A stretch of DNA of 63,726 bases, the filler included, from Hausera hauseri (taxonomy: Eukaryota), in assembly GCA_046269625.1 (NCBI GenBank). It is 13 parts of 13 records of this genome, joined end to end, with 100 filler letters (N's around TTAATTAATTAA, not from the genome) between each part and the next. Parts side by side here need not be neighbours in the genome. Positions count along the whole stretch, not along the records: positions 59,435 to 63,726 come from JBJURY010652774.1; 12 more parts are not named here. One strand, 5' to 3'. The translations under genes and the position numbers were made by a program. Position 1 is the first letter of the stretch. Every line of letters begins with the position of its first letter. The notes under the pieces are model-generated. The model was given only the letters and a program-made list of their open reading frames with translations. It had not been told where the DNA came from and did not search any database. Shown here piece by piece: positions 61,623-63,726 of this stretch.

Positions 61623-62094
61623 GTTAGTTCTTTTGCATTGTTGTTGAATGATTGGCGTTTTTTTGCTTGTTACAATAATGGCAGTTTAGAATAATAATCT
61701 TGATTTCTAAAATATTTAACCTTTAACATATTGTACTAAACTATTTTAAATTGAAAATCGATAATTTTAAACTATAGTCCAATTCTATGCATTTGACAGA
61801 TAATTCTGGTATTCGTTACGATCTAATTTACGTTATCCAATAAAACTATAACCCGTCGGCGAATATGAATTTTCATAGTCCTAACGAAATTTAGGCAATG
61901 TGGGCATGGCTTAGAGGACAATGGTCCCTTTATCCAGATTAAAAATATGCAGTTAGAATCGTCTTTAAATTTGTAGGACTACAAAGCAAGTAATGACTGG
62001 AATGTATATCTCGCCAAGGAGTTATATTTAACAAAATTGTGCGATTGCTATCCTCATTAGATAGCCCTGATATGGAACAATAGTTATCATCGAC

Positions 62095-62345
62095 ATTGTC
62101 ATCTGCATTGCACTGTTATGATCCTTGCGATATTTACGGTGCCTTAAGAGAACTCATTTATCAGAAACAGTCATTTAAACAATCCGGTTTTGATTTTAAG
62201 TTTACAGATTCCGATGGGAAAGGTATTTTTCGTTTTGTTTCTTATTAAGCGAATTACATTGTATGTTTGTCAGTTTATGCTGAAGATAATGAAACAATTG
62301 AACCAAACACGAAAATAATTGTTTCTCGATTAGCAAAATGTGAAA
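62095..62345 (+). pseudogene. RBBP6: DWNN ubiquitin-like domain fragment (RBBP6-like)
   Basis: LRELIYQKQSFKQSGFDFKFTDSDGK|VYAEDNETIEPNTKIIVSRL resembles DWNN; GT-AG intron of about 50 nt. Confidence 0.55.
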
Positions 62346-62574
62346 AACCGAACAAGTTTGTTAAAATATGGTTTTCAATTTTATTGATTTATATTTAGCG
62401 TGAAGAAAGTTTTACCAAGTAATAATAAAGTAATTTGTTTGTTTCACTGTTTGTTTGATGTATTCTGATAGGTCGTACAGCCTGTAGTATTGAAACCAAT
62501 TGAGCCGGTAAAGGAAGTTGTGAAGGAAGTTACCCCTGAAGTGCAAGAGTAATATTGTTATATTTCTTTAAATT

Positions 62575-63210
62575 GTTTTATTTCATTCGACAAAATTATT
62601 TCCATCAGGCCATCGGTTATATAAACGATGGTGTTAAGCGTTATGGAAATGACTCCTGTTTAAAATTGTTAAATGCAATTTGCATGATTTTTGAGGGTGT
62701 TTCATGTTTGTTGCAATGAAAACAATAAGTAATTTGTAGACAGAGTACAGGAAGCTATTCGGGAATTGGAAGTACTTGTAGACCGACCTGATGTAAACAT
62801 AGCATCGTATTTGGCACTAGCTGCTGCTGTTAAACGAACAAAAAAGCCAGGTAGGAAACATAAATTATATAAGACAGTATTTTATTTAGTCTTTGTATTT
62901 TTATGCCATATTTTTACAATTGTGTAATATTAGACTATATAGTTAATTAAGTTAAAATTAGTGAGCATTAATTTTTTGTCAAAATTTTCTCTTCGAACGT
63001 TTTCTTTTGTAGATCAACAAGCAATTCAAGATTACGAAAAATAAAGTTCGAGATTTACGGAAAAATACATCGGATTTGGTAAGAAAATTTTATGCTGTTG
63101 GTGAAATTATTGAATTGTTCACCGTACAGGGTTATTATTTTGCCGGTTTGACGTTGTTTCTTTTTGAACGATACGACAAAGCTCGTGAATATCTTGGTCG
63201 GGCATTGAAA
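62575..63210 (+). pseudogene. TTC21B: TTC21/IFT139 N-terminal TPR fragment, spliced, with stop
   Basis: YFHQAIGYINDGVKRYGND...QEAIRELE...DVNIASYLAL...YYFAGLTLFLFERYDKAREYLGR. Confidence 0.8.
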
Positions 63211-63539
63211 GTAACTACTTATTTGAGAGAAGTATGTCTTGTTTGCATTTTAAGTATTGTCATTTTTCTAATAGAAAATTAATTCGTTTTGATTGTTTCG
63301 TTAATAGAATAATTGGTTTACATAGTCATTATTTGGGTTATTATTCTTACAGTTATTATTATTCTATTTGTTTGTGGAGTTGACAGCGTAAATATCACTC
63401 CTACTTTTCACTCTTGTCAGCATAACTCTTGCAAAGACTGCTAACTATAAAGAAGTCTGATTGCTTCAAGATTTGTGACACAACTTGAATGACATCCATC
63501 AACAATTTCAGAGATTGTTTGTAACAAAGAATCAAGATC

Positions 63540-63726
63540 AAACTCGGTTCTGTAAAAGAAGTCAGCGACTGTGTTATCTTTTCCAGTTATGTGTTCTATC
63601 TGGAATGAGAATTCCGATAGAAATTAAATGTGTCGCTCTTGACGAGGCAATGGGTTTTTCATACTCATCATGTGAATGAGTGGTTTATGATCCGTGCGGA
63701 TTGTGAACACATTTCCTTCGAGGAAA
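63540..63726 (-). mobile_element. Gypsy RNase H fragment
   Basis: FTIRTDHKPLIHMMSMKNPLPRQERHI*FLSEFSFQIEHITGKDNTVADF. Confidence 0.85.

Noticed and set aside
1-63726. Polinton capsid (MCP/penton) and adenain protease genes
   Set aside because: None recognised, but the contigs are fragments, so their absence is uninformative.

Overview
This is not a contiguous locus. It consists of 13 short eukaryotic contigs (about 4-6 kb each) joined by twelve 100-bp N spacers, each carrying a TTAATTAATTAA six-frame-stop linker. Most contigs are decayed mobile DNA. (i) Polinton/Maverick (adintovirus-like) pieces: three pPolB copies, integrase, packaging ATPase, dUTPase, a DEDD-like start, and four related 5'-AG(T/A)AGG termini. 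(ii) Three diverged copies of one Ty3/Gypsy family, a second Gypsy with a degenerate env-like ORF, and a further RNase H fragment. (iii) A LINE RT 3' end. (iv) An intact 635-codon tyrosine-recombinase exon. (v) MITE/foldback elements. Host sequence includes a two-exon Tctex1-domain gene and mosaics of broken gene fragments (NME7+PEX1; SLC25A12/13+RBBP6+TTC21B) with 34-51 nt introns, pointing to an AT-rich, compact-intron, ciliated animal. Some contigs may come from other organisms. Best leads: a TATA-binding-protein homologue inside a Polinton (missed by the ORF track); a pPolB starting with an ATG-only micro-exon and a tandem Cys/His domain, seen in three copies; a 66-bp tandem array of initiator-tRNA-derived hairpins; and a covarying -1 frameshift pseudoknot in the Gypsy family. 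All homology calls are from motif recognition by eye; no searches were run.
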